This document shows, in pieces, positions 1 through 9,534 of a DNA stretch of 64,000 nt. Each line of letters begins with the position of its first letter. The first letter of the stretch is position 1. Position numbers and translations under genes: made by a program. The DNA is from Candidatus Omnitrophota bacterium (GTDB lineage: Bacteria; Omnitrophota; Gorgyraeia; JABMRN01; RBG-13-46-9), in NCBI GenBank assembly GCA_013203315.1, contig JABMQJ010000029.1:635-64634 (forward strand), in the 5' to 3' direction. Under the pieces are notes generated by a model. That model made no database searches. It saw nothing but the letters and a program-made list of their open reading frames with translations, and was not told the DNA's origin.

Positions 1-153
1 AGATGGCAGTCTCTCATTAACAGAAGGAAAATAATAAGACGAGGAATAGAAAACAGAGAAGGATTTTTTCAAAATACCCACCTTGCTATTCGCATAGTGA
101 AATATCTTGAGGATTAAAGGCTAGTATGCTATATTATGCCAGAAGAGGATATT

Positions 154-2625
154 ATGACGAAAGCAGAGAAAGCATACCCGTTTGATAAAATAGAACCAAA
201 ATGGCAGAAGCACTGGGTTAATAATAAATTCTTCGAAGTCGACGTAAAGAACTTCAAGAATAAGTACTATTGCCTTGTCATGTTTCCCTACCCGTCGGCA
301 GCGCTTCACGTCGGCCACGGCCGAAACTACATAATAGGCGACGTCGTAGCCCGTTATAAAATGATGAGAGGCTTTAATGTCCTCACCCCCATGGGCTGGG
401 ACGCGTTCGGCCTTCCCGCGGAAAACGCCGCCATAAAATACAAAACTCACCCCAAAAAGTATACGTTCCAGAATATTGACACGATGAAACGGCAACTCAA
501 ATCCTGGGGCGCGTGCTATGACTGGCCCAGGGAAGTTGCATCATGCAATCCGGATTATTATAAATGGACGCAGTGGATCTTCTTAAAGCTCCTCGAAAAA
601 GGGCTCGCTTATAGAAAAAAAGCATTTGTCAACTGGTGCCCATCCTGTAATACAGTTTTGGCAAACGAGCAAGTTATAGAAGGAAAATGCGAACGTTGCG
701 ACAGTGTTGTCTCACAAAAAGACCTCGAACAATGGTTCTTTAAAATAACAGATTATGCCCAGAGGCTTTTGGATGACCTGGCCAAGCTCAATAACTGGCC
801 CGAAAGAGTAAAAATAATGCAAAGGAACTGGATAGGTCGCTCGGTGGGCGTAAACATACGTTTCCCCGTAGCCGATAGTGACAAAGTATTAGCGTGTTTT
901 ACGACAAGAGTCGACACTATATTCGGCGCGACATACATGGTGCTCGCCCCGGAACACCCCTATATCGGAGAACTCATAAAGGACGCAGCGGATAACAAAG
1001 AGATCCTAAAATCTATAAATAGCATGAGAAATGAATCCAAGATAAAACGCGTCCAGGCTGACGCCGAAAAACACGGCGTTTTTACGGGCCGTTATGTCAT
1101 AAACCCAATGAACAATCGAAAAATACCTATCTGGATAGCCAACTATGTTCTTATGGAGTACGGAACAGGCGCTGTAATGGCTGTGCCTGCGCATGACCAG
1201 AGGGATTTTGAGTTTGCCAAGAAATACAATCTTCCTATAGAGACTGTGATCACTCCCGATATAACAAAAAAAGATGAGAAACTAACGTGTGCTTACGAAG
1301 ACGACGGTGTAATGGTAAGTTCCGGAGAATTTAATAGTCTATCCAACAAAGAAGCCGTTGAAAAGATATCCGATTTCATGGAGAAAAATAAAATAGGAAC
1401 CAGATGCGTTCAGTACAAGCTGAGAGACTGGCTGATTTCCCGGCAGAGATACTGGGGCGCGCCGATTCCGGTTATTTATTGCGATAAATGCGGCATGATG
1501 CCCGTGCCCGAGAAGGATTTGCCCGTTCTTTTGCCGACCGAGGTAAAATTTAAGTCTCATGGCAAAAACTCTCTTAAAGACGACAAGGGGTTTGCAAACG
1601 CAACTTGCCCGAAGTGTAAAGGCAAAGCCCGTCGGGAAATAGATACAATGGACACCTTCGTGGATTCTAGTTGGTATTTTTTAAGATACATATCAGCCGG
1701 CTTAAAGAATAAGGCGTTCAATAAAGAGGATGTTGACAAGTGGCTTCCTGTTGACCAGTACATAGGCGGCGTTGAACACGCGATACTGCACCTCTTATAT
1801 TCAAGGTTCATAGTAAAGGTGTTATCCGATTCTGATTTTATAAGCTTTGACGAACCGTTTAAGAATTTATTTACGCAGGGCATGATCATAAAAGACGGCG
1901 CAAAGATGTCCAAATCCAAAGGCAATGTCGTGAGCCCCGATGAGCTGATAAAAAAATACGGTGCAGATACGATAAGACTTTACACCCTGTTCATAGGGCC
2001 GCCCGAGAAGGACGCGGAGTGGTCTGACCGCGGCGTGGAAGGCGCTTATAGATTCCTGGGCCGCGTATGGAGAATGGCAACCGGCGATTGGAAGATGAAA
2101 AAAGATGCGGATAAAAATTCGGAAATAAATAAAAATTTAACAAGAAAAATACACCAGACAATAAAAAAAGTAACCGATAGCCTGGAGAAAGGGTTTCATT
2201 TTAACACGGCCATAAGCGCTGTAATGGAACTCGTAAACGAAATATATGCCTCTATAGATAAAAATGAAGTTACGGGAGAGGTTTTAAAAGAGGCTATAAA
2301 AAAAGTTATTATACTACTCTCGCCTTTTGTTCCGTATATGGTAGAAGAACTCTGGCAAAAATCCGGAGGAAAACAAAGTATTTTAAAAGAGGCCTGGCCG
2401 TCTTTTGATAAAAACCTGATTCAGGAGGAAGTTGTAGGTATTCCTGTCCAGATAAACGGGAAGATGCGCTCCAAGATAAGCGTGCCCTTTGGGATAACAG
2501 AAGAGGCATTAAAAGAAAAAGTCCTTGCGGACGAAAAAACGCAGAATTACCTAAAGGGCGCCAAAATCACGCGCTGGGTTATCATTCCGAATAAACTCGT
2601 CAATATTGTAGCCCCTAACAAGTAA
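154..2625 (+). CDS. leuS: Leucyl-tRNA synthetase (class I)
   Basis: ORF track 136..2625. HVGHGRNY (HIGH-type) and KMSKS motifs; editing-domain and anticodon-binding-like regions present. Start set at ATG 154, which has a GAGGA Shine-Dalgarno (SD) 8 nt upstream; ATG 136 is also possible. Confidence 0.95.
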   Translation: MTKAEKAYPFDKIEPKWQKHWVNNKFFEVDVKNFKNKYYCLVMFPYPSAALHVGHGRNYIIGDVVARYKMMRGFNVLTPMGWDAFGLPAENAAIKYKTHPKKYTFQNIDTMKRQLKSWGACYDWPREVASCNPDYYKWTQWIFLKLLEKGLAYRKKAFVNWCPSCNTVLANEQVIEGKCERCDSVVSQKDLEQWFFKITDYAQRLLDDLAKLNNWPERVKIMQRNWIGRSVGVNIRFPVADSDKVLACFTTRVDTIFGATYMVLAPEHPYIGELIKDAADNKEILKSINSMRNESKIKRVQADAEKHGVFTGRYVINPMNNRKIPIWIANYVLMEYGTGAVMAVPAHDQRDFEFAKKYNLPIETVITPDITKKDEKLTCAYEDDGVMVSSGEFNSLSNKEAVEKISDFMEKNKIGTRCVQYKLRDWLISRQRYWGAPIPVIYCDKCGMMPVPEKDLPVLLPTEVKFKSHGKNSLKDDKGFANATCPKCKGKARREIDTMDTFVDSSWYFLRYISAGLKNKAFNKEDVDKWLPVDQYIGGVEHAILHLLYSRFIVKVLSDSDFISFDEPFKNLFTQGMIIKDGAKMSKSKGNVVSPDELIKKYGADTIRLYTLFIGPPEKDAEWSDRGVEGAYRFLGRVWRMATGDWKMKKDADKNSEINKNLTRKIHQTIKKVTDSLEKGFHFNTAISAVMELVNEIYASIDKNEVTGEVLKEAIKKVIILLSPFVPYMVEELWQKSGGKQSILKEAWPSFDKNLIQEEVVGIPVQINGKMRSKISVPFGITEEALKEKVLADEKTQNYLKGAKITRWVIIPNKLVNIVAPNK

Positions 2626-2632
2626 TCAACAA

Positions 2633-2980
2633 GTGTCAAAATTCACGAAAGAAGAAAAAAGAGTCCTTATATTCCTCGTTGCATGCCTTTTTATAGGCAC
2701 AGGTATCCTGTATCATAAAAAACTACGTCCCAACTATTATACCCATATCGAATTTGATGAAAAAGAAATAAATAAATCCAAAATCACGAAGGTAAATATA
2801 AACACGGCCGGAGCCCTCGAACTTATCCAAATAAAAAATATAGGCCCTGTCACCGCCGGGCGCATTATAAACTACAGGGAAGAATACGGACCGTTCAGGG
2901 ACCCTGAGGATATTAAAAAAATAAAAGGCATAGGTGATAAAACTTACGAGCAGCTGAAGAAACAAATAGTAACAGAATGA
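2633..2980 (+). CDS. comEA: ComEA-like competence protein, helix-hairpin-helix DNA binding
   Basis: GTG start. N-terminal transmembrane (TM) segment, then a tandem HhH region (NINTAGALELIQIKNIGPVTAGRII...GPF...IKGIGDKTYEQL) typical of ComEA. Confidence 0.8.
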   Translation: MSKFTKEEKRVLIFLVACLFIGTGILYHKKLRPNYYTHIEFDEKEINKSKITKVNINTAGALELIQIKNIGPVTAGRIINYREEYGPFRDPEDIKKIKGIGDKTYEQLKKQIVTE

Positions 2981-4521
2981 AAAATTCCTACCTCTTATAT
3001 TTTTCTGTCGCTTTTATATGCGGGATACTTTTGGCGTCTTTCGGGATTTTCGAAAATTTATCACCGCTTACTTTTACCATTTCCATTATTATCCTATTTA
3101 CGCTCCTTAGTATTTTTATAAAAAAGGATCTTTTATTTTTTGCCCTCCTTTTTCTCCTAATGTCTCTTTTGGGTTTCGCGCGCTATAGTACCTTCAACAT
3201 AATAGACAATAATAACGTTAAGAATTACACCTACACTCCCCAAGAAACAGTTTTTATCCAGGGTAAAGTCGGCAGTGACCCGGAAGAAAAACCCGGCGGG
3301 AAAAAAGAAACTTTCACATTAGAAGCGCGTTCGATTAAGCTGCATGATAAATGGAGGAGCATAACCGGTTTAACGCTTGTAAACTTACGTGGTGAAAATA
3401 AAATCCCATTTCAATACGGCGACATAGTAATTTTGGAAGGGGCTTTAAAAGAGCCAAGCTATTATAAGATACGGTCAAGTTTTGATTACAGGCGATATCT
3501 CGCGAATAAAAGGATCTATTCGGTATTAAGCGTAAAAAGCGCATTTTTCCGAAAAAAAATAGGCGAGGACAGGGAATGCGCATCGCAATTTATACGAGCC
3601 ATCTATTCTATCCGGGCAAGCCTGGAAACTCGCATCGAAAAATATCTCCGGCCACCATATGACTCAATCCTTTCGGCCATTTTGCTGGGAAAGAGACAAA
3701 AAATGCCATCTGCCTTAAAAGACATTTTCGCCAAAACAGGAACACTTCACATCCTGGCGATAAGCGGATTGCATGTCGGCATTATATATTTTGCCGTAAT
3801 AATTATTTTAAAAATTCTAAGGATCCGGCATAATGCAGCTATTGTACTATCCGTTTTATTCTTAATATGTTTTGCGATTCTGACAGGCGCCAGGGCATCC
3901 ATATTGAGGGCAACTACAATGTTCTCGATACTGGCTCTGGGTGGGATTTTCAAGAGAAAAATCAGTATTTTTAACTTAATAGGGCTTTCATCTCTCGCCA
4001 TTCTCATGGTAAACCCCAATCAACTTTTTGATCTAGGCTTCATACTCTCGTATACTGCAGTTTTGTCGATTGTTACGATGGCGCCTCTATTTTATCGCGC
4101 ATTTTCCAAAAATCGCGTTCCGGGACGCTTTGACACCGCGGGGAAGAGGGCCAAACAGTACATGCTGGGGTCTGTTTCGGTTTCTTTGGCGGCGTGGCTG
4201 GGACTTTTGCCGTTAATAGCTTATTATTTTGGACTAGTGTCCCCGATAGTGGTAATTGCCAACTTGATTGTTGTGCCACTACTCTTTGCGGTAATGGGTT
4301 CAGGTATTTTATTTGTAACCCTCGGCTTTTTATCGCATTTTTTAGCCGCCATTCTTTCACAAAGCACATGGTTTTTACTTTTTATACTGATAAGTAGCGT
4401 AAAATTCTTAAAAAACATACCGTTTAGCTATTTTGATGTAAATCAACCGCACTTATTGGCTATAATAGCATACTATTTAATATTATTGGGCGCGCTAAAA
4501 GCCCGAAAAACAAAAAACTAA
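2977..4521 (+). CDS. comEC: ComEC/Rec2 DNA internalization channel; metallo-beta-lactamase C-terminal domain apparently absent
   Basis: Polytopic membrane protein with the ComEC competence-domain signature LHILAISGLHVGII. Start overlaps comEA by 4 nt. Only 514 aa. Confidence 0.8.
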   Translation: MKNSYLLYFSVAFICGILLASFGIFENLSPLTFTISIIILFTLLSIFIKKDLLFFALLFLLMSLLGFARYSTFNIIDNNNVKNYTYTPQETVFIQGKVGSDPEEKPGGKKETFTLEARSIKLHDKWRSITGLTLVNLRGENKIPFQYGDIVILEGALKEPSYYKIRSSFDYRRYLANKRIYSVLSVKSAFFRKKIGEDRECASQFIRAIYSIRASLETRIEKYLRPPYDSILSAILLGKRQKMPSALKDIFAKTGTLHILAISGLHVGIIYFAVIIILKILRIRHNAAIVLSVLFLICFAILTGARASILRATTMFSILALGGIFKRKISIFNLIGLSSLAILMVNPNQLFDLGFILSYTAVLSIVTMAPLFYRAFSKNRVPGRFDTAGKRAKQYMLGSVSVSLAAWLGLLPLIAYYFGLVSPIVVIANLIVVPLLFAVMGSGILFVTLGFLSHFLAAILSQSTWFLLFILISSVKFLKNIPFSYFDVNQPHLLAIIAYYLILLGALKARKTKN

Positions 4522-4537
4522 CTTTTTCATTTTTAAC

Positions 4538-4566
4538 TTGACATCTCGTCAAGGTTATGTTACAAT
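4538..4566 (+). promoter_or_regulatory. sigma70-like promoter TTGACA-N17-TACAAT upstream of the PilZ gene
   Basis: Exact -35 TTGACA (4538-4543), a 17-nt spacer, and TACAAT (4561-4566). The -35 lies in a small palindrome TTGACATCTCGTCAA. AAGGG SD precedes ATG 4612. Confidence 0.45.
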
Positions 4567-4611
4567 AAGCCCAGTATAAATAGGAATCAAGCAGTTTAGA
4601 AAGGGATAATC

Positions 4612-4971
4612 ATGTCCAGAATCAATGAAAAACGAAAATTCCCGAGGTTTGAAAGCCATTTCCCGTTGAAATATAGGGACTTAAAGATAGCAGACGCAGA
4701 ATACAGGGGAACAGTTTCAAAGAACGTATCAGAAGGCGGGATAAGATTTAGAAGCGATAGATTTATCTCTTTGGCCTGTCGATTGGTTGTTGAGGTCAAT
4801 CTGCCCACTACCTCCAAGCCCATAAGGGCTGTTTCCAAGATAGCATGGATAAAAAAGTTGCCCGCAGGAGATGACTACGAAATAGGGAACCAGTTCCTGG
4901 AGATAAGCAGGCAGGATAAAGGCGTTATCCGTAAGTTCATAGAAGAACAGCTAAAAAAATCCTCATTTTAA
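4612..4971 (+). CDS. PilZ domain protein (putative c-di-GMP receptor)
   Basis: RxxxR-like motif KRKFPRF near the N-terminus, and a D/NxSxGG motif (NVSEGGIRF) about 30 residues later. Size matches single-domain PilZ. Confidence 0.7.
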   Translation: MSRINEKRKFPRFESHFPLKYRDLKIADAEYRGTVSKNVSEGGIRFRSDRFISLACRLVVEVNLPTTSKPIRAVSKIAWIKKLPAGDDYEIGNQFLEISRQDKGVIRKFIEEQLKKSSF

Positions 4972-5020
4972 TACCGCATTTTACATTTTCCCAAACCCAT
5001 TCCCCTAGTAGCTAACAAGG

Positions 5021-5049
5021 TTGACAATACTAATTTCCTATGATATATT
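5021..5049 (+). promoter_or_regulatory. sigma70-like promoter TTGACA-N17-TGaTATATT (extended -10)
   Basis: TTGACA at 5021-5026, then TG-n-TATATT at 5041-5049. The ORF-track TTG start at 5021 is actually the -35 hexamer. Confidence 0.4.
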
Positions 5050-5071
5050 GAATCCAATTCGAACGGTTATT

Positions 5072-6103
5072 ATGAAAAAATCTCTTTTTATCCTAATTAT
5101 AGTATATACCTTTAGCATTTCCTATCAGGCAGAGGCTTTCTGGGTTTGGTCGCCAAAGACCAAAAAACTTATTAATCCAAAATACGCCGCCAAAGATAAC
5201 CCGGAAGAGCAGTACAAATGGGCTATGCGGTTTTTCAAGAAAAAAGAATACACCCGTGCAGCCGAAGAGTTCAGCCTTCTTACAACTCATTTCAAAGACT
5301 CTGACTTGGCTCCCGAAGCCCAGTACTATGCCGGCCGATCATACGAAGAAGCAGGTAAGCCTTATCCCGCCTTCGTAGCCTACCAGAAAACAATAGACGT
5401 TTACCCGTTTACAAAAAGAATTGACGAGATTATAGAAAGAGAATATAATCTTGGAAGAACCCTTTACAAGAAACATAGCGGCAAACTTATGGGCAAGGAG
5501 TTGATGACAGATCTCGATAGAGCCGCGGAGATATTCAAAATAGTAAGGGAAAATGCGCCTTTCGGGGTCTATGCGGATAAGGCTCAATTTATGTTGGGCC
5601 AGTGCCATAAGAAATCCGAACAATATAATGAGGCTATAACTGCCTTTCAACAGCTGGTAGACGAATACGCAAAAAGCAATCTTGCTGAGAAAGCAAGATA
5701 CGAAGTAGCGCAATGCACATATCTAGCCAGCCTAAAATCGGATTACGATCAGGAGCTCACCGATGAGGCGATTGAGGAATTCAAAAAAGTTGCCATGAGC
5801 CGGTCAGGCGGCGTTCTTACAGAAGAGGCGAAAGAAGCAGTCTCTTTGCTTGAAAACAAAAAAGCAGAAAGCCTTTTTAAAACAGCGCAATTTTACGAAA
5901 AACAGAAACATTATAAAAGCGCTGTTATCTATTACAAAGAAGTATTAAATAGATATCCAAGAAGTTCTTCTAGCAAATCCGCCATGGAGAATTTAGGGAA
6001 AATCGAGATGCGTTTTAAGCAAGAAGCAATGACGAAAGAATCTGAATTAGATGCCACTATGGGAGTGGGCAAAGCAAAGAAACCATGGATATCATTCGAA
6101 TAA
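5072..6103 (+). CDS. Secreted TPR-repeat protein, BamD/YfiO-like
   Basis: Real start is probably ATG 5072, giving MKKSLFILIIVYTFSISYQAEA, a signal peptide with no lipobox Cys. TPR-like repeats throughout. Sits directly upstream of the LptE-like gene. Family assignment is from memory only. Confidence 0.5.
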   Translation: MKKSLFILIIVYTFSISYQAEAFWVWSPKTKKLINPKYAAKDNPEEQYKWAMRFFKKKEYTRAAEEFSLLTTHFKDSDLAPEAQYYAGRSYEEAGKPYPAFVAYQKTIDVYPFTKRIDEIIEREYNLGRTLYKKHSGKLMGKELMTDLDRAAEIFKIVRENAPFGVYADKAQFMLGQCHKKSEQYNEAITAFQQLVDEYAKSNLAEKARYEVAQCTYLASLKSDYDQELTDEAIEEFKKVAMSRSGGVLTEEAKEAVSLLENKKAESLFKTAQFYEKQKHYKSAVIYYKEVLNRYPRSSSSKSAMENLGKIEMRFKQEAMTKESELDATMGVGKAKKPWISFE

Positions 6104-6114
6104 GGCAGGGTGTG

Positions 6115-6651
6115 ATGAAAAGAAACATATTTTTTACAATACTTTCGCTTGTGTTTTTATACGGTTGTGGCTATACCTCACATTCTGTGCTGCCGTCCGG
6201 CGAAGCCACTGTACATGTCGGTAATTTTGTTAACAAGATCGATACCACCAGAGAAATCTCGAATGATAGAGTATATTTTGCCTACAGGCCCGGCCTGGAG
6301 ACTGATATCACGCGCGCGGTCATTGATAAATTCATGATTGACGGGAATTACGAGATAAAGGACGAAAAAAGTGCGCATTTTCTACTAACTGGGGAACTTG
6401 TGAATTTCAGGAGAGAGCCGCTTCGTTACGACGCGAGCGAAAACGTTATAGAATACAGATTACACATAGCTGTCGATATCAAACTTTACGACCTCAAAAA
6501 GGAAAGCATCGTCTGGCGGGAAAATAACTTCGCAGGCGAGAGCACCTATCGCACAACAGGCCAGTTTGCCAAATCAGAAAGTGCCGCCATAACAGACGCC
6601 GTCAAAGATTTGGCGCGCCGCATTGTTGAGCGCACTGTTCTTAACTGGTGA
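6115..6651 (+). CDS. lptE: LptE-like LPS-assembly lipoprotein
   Basis: MKRNIFFTILSLVFLYGCGY carries a lipobox (L-Y-G-C). About 180 aa. Lies between leuS and holA, as in the enterobacterial leuS-lptE-holA arrangement. Size and context fit; the sequence match is weak. Confidence 0.5.
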   Translation: MKRNIFFTILSLVFLYGCGYTSHSVLPSGEATVHVGNFVNKIDTTREISNDRVYFAYRPGLETDITRAVIDKFMIDGNYEIKDEKSAHFLLTGELVNFRREPLRYDASENVIEYRLHIAVDIKLYDLKKESIVWRENNFAGESTYRTTGQFAKSESAAITDAVKDLARRIVERTVLNW

Positions 6652-6671
6652 GGCGAAACCTATAAACCCTC

Positions 6672-7610
6672 ATGAATTATCTCTGCAGAGGATCGGAGCA
6701 ATACCTAAAATACCAGTTCTTGGAGAAATTGAAAAAATCTCTTTCAGGCAAAAGTGAAAGCCATGATCTGGATTTCGAAGTTTTCACGGCCACTGACAAA
6801 GAATTTAAAAAAGTTTTTCTGGATTCCTTTAACACCCTACCGTTTATCTCAAAGCAAAAACTTACGGTCATAAAAGATATCGAAAAATTATCCTCCAAGG
6901 AAGAGGATCTAATTTTAAAAATATTAAAATCCCCCAAAGATTCGACAACCCTCGTACTTTTTAGCCAGGCGCGCGAATCTGACAAAGCCTTGCAAAAAAT
7001 ATCCAAATTTACAAAAGTTATAAAATGCGACAGATTGAAAGCAAACGATATTAATCTGTGGATAAAAAAAGATTTCGACACGCACAAAAAAATAATTTCA
7101 CCGCCTGTGATAAACCTCGTGAGAGAAATTGCCGGAACGGATTTATTTCGGCTTAAAAATGAGATAGAAAAAATATGCTCATTTCTTGGAAACGCGAACG
7201 TTGTTACGCGGGAGCATGTAGAAATGCTACTCGGAGAGCCTTCGTATAAAACGGCATTTCAGCTCGTAGATTTGACGCTGGAGAAAAAAATAGACAAGGC
7301 TTTATCGTTCTTAGATACATTGTTAACAAAGGAAAAGCCGCATCAGATCTTGAATTTACTTGCATGGCAATTCAGGAATTTTTTGAAGATAAAAAATTTA
7401 CCGAAAAGCGCATCTATAGAAGAAGTTTCCCGCGCATTAGGCATAAGCTGGCACTTTGCTAAGAGTGTACAAGAAAAAGCCGGGCGCTTTACCCAAGCAG
7501 CCCTGAAGAAGAATTTAGAAATTATCCTCGAAGCGGATTTGTTTATGAAAAGAGGAAAAATGGACGCGCGCGGTAGCTTAGAATATGCTTTAGTGAGCCT
7601 CTGCAAATAA
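6672..7610 (+). CDS. holA: DNA polymerase III delta subunit
   Basis: About 310 aa. Conserved position after the lptE-like gene. The delta-subunit pattern is only weakly recognisable by eye. Confidence 0.65.
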   Translation: MNYLCRGSEQYLKYQFLEKLKKSLSGKSESHDLDFEVFTATDKEFKKVFLDSFNTLPFISKQKLTVIKDIEKLSSKEEDLILKILKSPKDSTTLVLFSQARESDKALQKISKFTKVIKCDRLKANDINLWIKKDFDTHKKIISPPVINLVREIAGTDLFRLKNEIEKICSFLGNANVVTREHVEMLLGEPSYKTAFQLVDLTLEKKIDKALSFLDTLLTKEKPHQILNLLAWQFRNFLKIKNLPKSASIEEVSRALGISWHFAKSVQEKAGRFTQAALKKNLEIILEADLFMKRGKMDARGSLEYALVSLCK

Positions 7611-7889
7611 TTATTTTTTTGTACTTAAACAGGCTCTGTGTAGGTTCCTTGAAAGGCGCGAAATTTTTCGGGAGGCGGTAATTTTGCGGATAACACCTTT
7701 TGCTGCTGCTTTACCCATTTTGGAAGTTACTTTTTTCAAGGTATCTTTTGCTTGATCGAATTTTTTCTCTGACAGAAGAAGGTTAAACTTCCTTATCAGC
7801 GTTTTTACCTCGGAGGTAATACCGATATTCTTTTGGTGCCTTTTTTTAGATTTTCTTATTTCTTTGTAAGCTGCTCTTTTTTGTGGCAT
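7611..7889 (-). CDS. rpsT: 30S ribosomal protein bS20
   Basis: 92 aa and highly basic. N-terminus MPQKRAAYKEIRKSKKRHQKN is typical of S20. Confidence 0.85.
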   Translation of the reverse strand: MPQKRAAYKEIRKSKKRHQKNIGITSEVKTLIRKFNLLLSEKKFDQAKDTLKKVTSKMGKAAAKGVIRKITASRKISRLSRNLHRACLSTKK

Positions 7890-7935
7890 ATTAAATCCTC
7901 TTTAAGTTAGCATAATCTATCACAAGGGACGTGTT

Positions 7936-9534
7936 TTGTCAAATAAAAGATTAATTAAATCTACGGGACTAATCAGCATTGCGACCATGACTAGCAGGGT
8001 CTTTGGCTTTGCAAGGGACATGCTGATAGCAAATTTTTTCGGCACTACTATGTTCGCCGAAGCTTTTGTAATATCTTTCCGAATACCTAATCTCCTGAGG
8101 GACCTTATCGGCGAGGGGGCCGCAAACGCGGCATTCGTGCCGGTTTTAACCGAATACCACGCCACGCGCTCAAATGAGGAATTCTGGCGCCTGGCAAAAA
8201 ACCTTCTATTCGTACTTACTTCCGCGCTTTTTGTTATTTCATTATGCGGGGTTTTGTTTGCGCCCGCCATAGTGAGAATAATCGCACCCGGCTTTGTCGG
8301 AGATCCCGGGAAATTTGCCATAACCGTTAAGCTTACACGCATCATGTTCCCCTTTATCCTCTTAATCGGTCTTGTGGCTTACGGTATGGGGGTTCTGAAT
8401 TCACTTAACCATTTCGCTGCCCCCGCGTTCGGGCCCGTTCTCCTTAATATTTCAATGATAAGCTTCCTTGTGTATGTATGCCCTAAATTGGGCATCACGG
8501 GCCTTGCTTTGGCAGTTTTAGTCGGTGGCATGCTCCAGGTTACCCTCATAGGCTTCGTTCTTTATAAAAAGGGATTAAGGCCAACTCAACCCCCGGGGCT
8601 ACATATCCGGCCCCCGGGGCTCGGGCGGCTTACAAATCCTTTTACCAGCCCGGCTATAAAAAGGATATGGAAACTCCTTATACCGCGTTTCTTCGGTTCG
8701 GCAGTATATCAACTAAGCGTTGTCGTGGATAATATCTTTTCCACGTTTTATTGGATCGTGGGTGTAGGCGGTCCGGCTGCTCTTTGGTACTCCTATAGAC
8801 TTTTTCATCTTCCGCTTGCGATATTTGGTATTGCGCTTGCTACCGTAGCCCTTCCTAAGATGAGCAGGGAAGTAGCCAGGAAGGATATCACTTCTTTTAA
8901 GGAGACAATTAGCTTTTCCATGAGAAGCGTTTTTCTTGCGCTGATTCCTGCGGGTATAGGCCTTGCGACTTTAGGAAGGCCTATTATAAAAATACTTTTT
9001 GAAAGAGGCGCATTTACTGCGTATTCGACTGCCATCACTGATAGCGCGCTTTTTTTCTATTCTTTCGGGCTTTTCGCCTGTGGAGGCATAAAAATACTGG
9101 TAAACGCCTTCTTTTCCATGGGGGACACAAAAACACCCGTAAAAGTGGCGAGCGTATCATTTTTCATAAACCTCATATTAAACTTTGCGCTCATGTGGCC
9201 GCTTAAAATAGGAGGGCTTGCGCTTGCGACCTCTATTGCGGCAACGTCGAATTTTATAATGCTCTACATTATGCTTACGAGAAAGATCGGAGACATTGGC
9301 ACGCAGAAGATACTGAATTCACTGGGCCGCATAGTGATAGCTGCTGCTATAATGGGCGTTTTTTCTTATGCAGCGGGTAATTTCCTGGAAAAGATGAACG
9401 GTGGAATTTTAATAAATGTGTCGGGTATTTTAATCATCATACTGGTGAGCGTCGCAATTTATATTACAGCAAGCGTAATTTTGGGCGTTAATGAAATAAA
9501 GAGATTTCCCGGATGGATATCAAAAAGAGGATAA
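7936..9534 (+). CDS. murJ: Lipid II flippase MurJ (MviN)
   Basis: N-terminal region TSRVFGFARDMLIANFFG...AFVISFRIPNLLRDLIGEGA matches MurJ. About 14 TM segments. TTG start. Confidence 0.9.
   Translation: MSNKRLIKSTGLISIATMTSRVFGFARDMLIANFFGTTMFAEAFVISFRIPNLLRDLIGEGAANAAFVPVLTEYHATRSNEEFWRLAKNLLFVLTSALFVISLCGVLFAPAIVRIIAPGFVGDPGKFAITVKLTRIMFPFILLIGLVAYGMGVLNSLNHFAAPAFGPVLLNISMISFLVYVCPKLGITGLALAVLVGGMLQVTLIGFVLYKKGLRPTQPPGLHIRPPGLGRLTNPFTSPAIKRIWKLLIPRFFGSAVYQLSVVVDNIFSTFYWIVGVGGPAALWYSYRLFHLPLAIFGIALATVALPKMSREVARKDITSFKETISFSMRSVFLALIPAGIGLATLGRPIIKILFERGAFTAYSTAITDSALFFYSFGLFACGGIKILVNAFFSMGDTKTPVKVASVSFFINLILNFALMWPLKIGGLALATSIAATSNFIMLYIMLTRKIGDIGTQKILNSLGRIVIAAAIMGVFSYAAGNFLEKMNGGILINVSGILIIILVSVAIYITASVILGVNEIKRFPGWISKRG

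Noticed and set aside
5021-5071. TTG start at 5021 for the TPR protein (track)
   Set aside because: The TTG is the first base of a TTGACA -35 hexamer. The ATG at 5072 yields a clean signal peptide.
7560-7620. Possible bidirectional terminator at the convergent holA/rpsT ends
   Set aside because: Only a 6-bp GAGCCT/AGGCTC stem with a ~30-nt loop, which is too weak to call. The genes actually abut (7610/7611).
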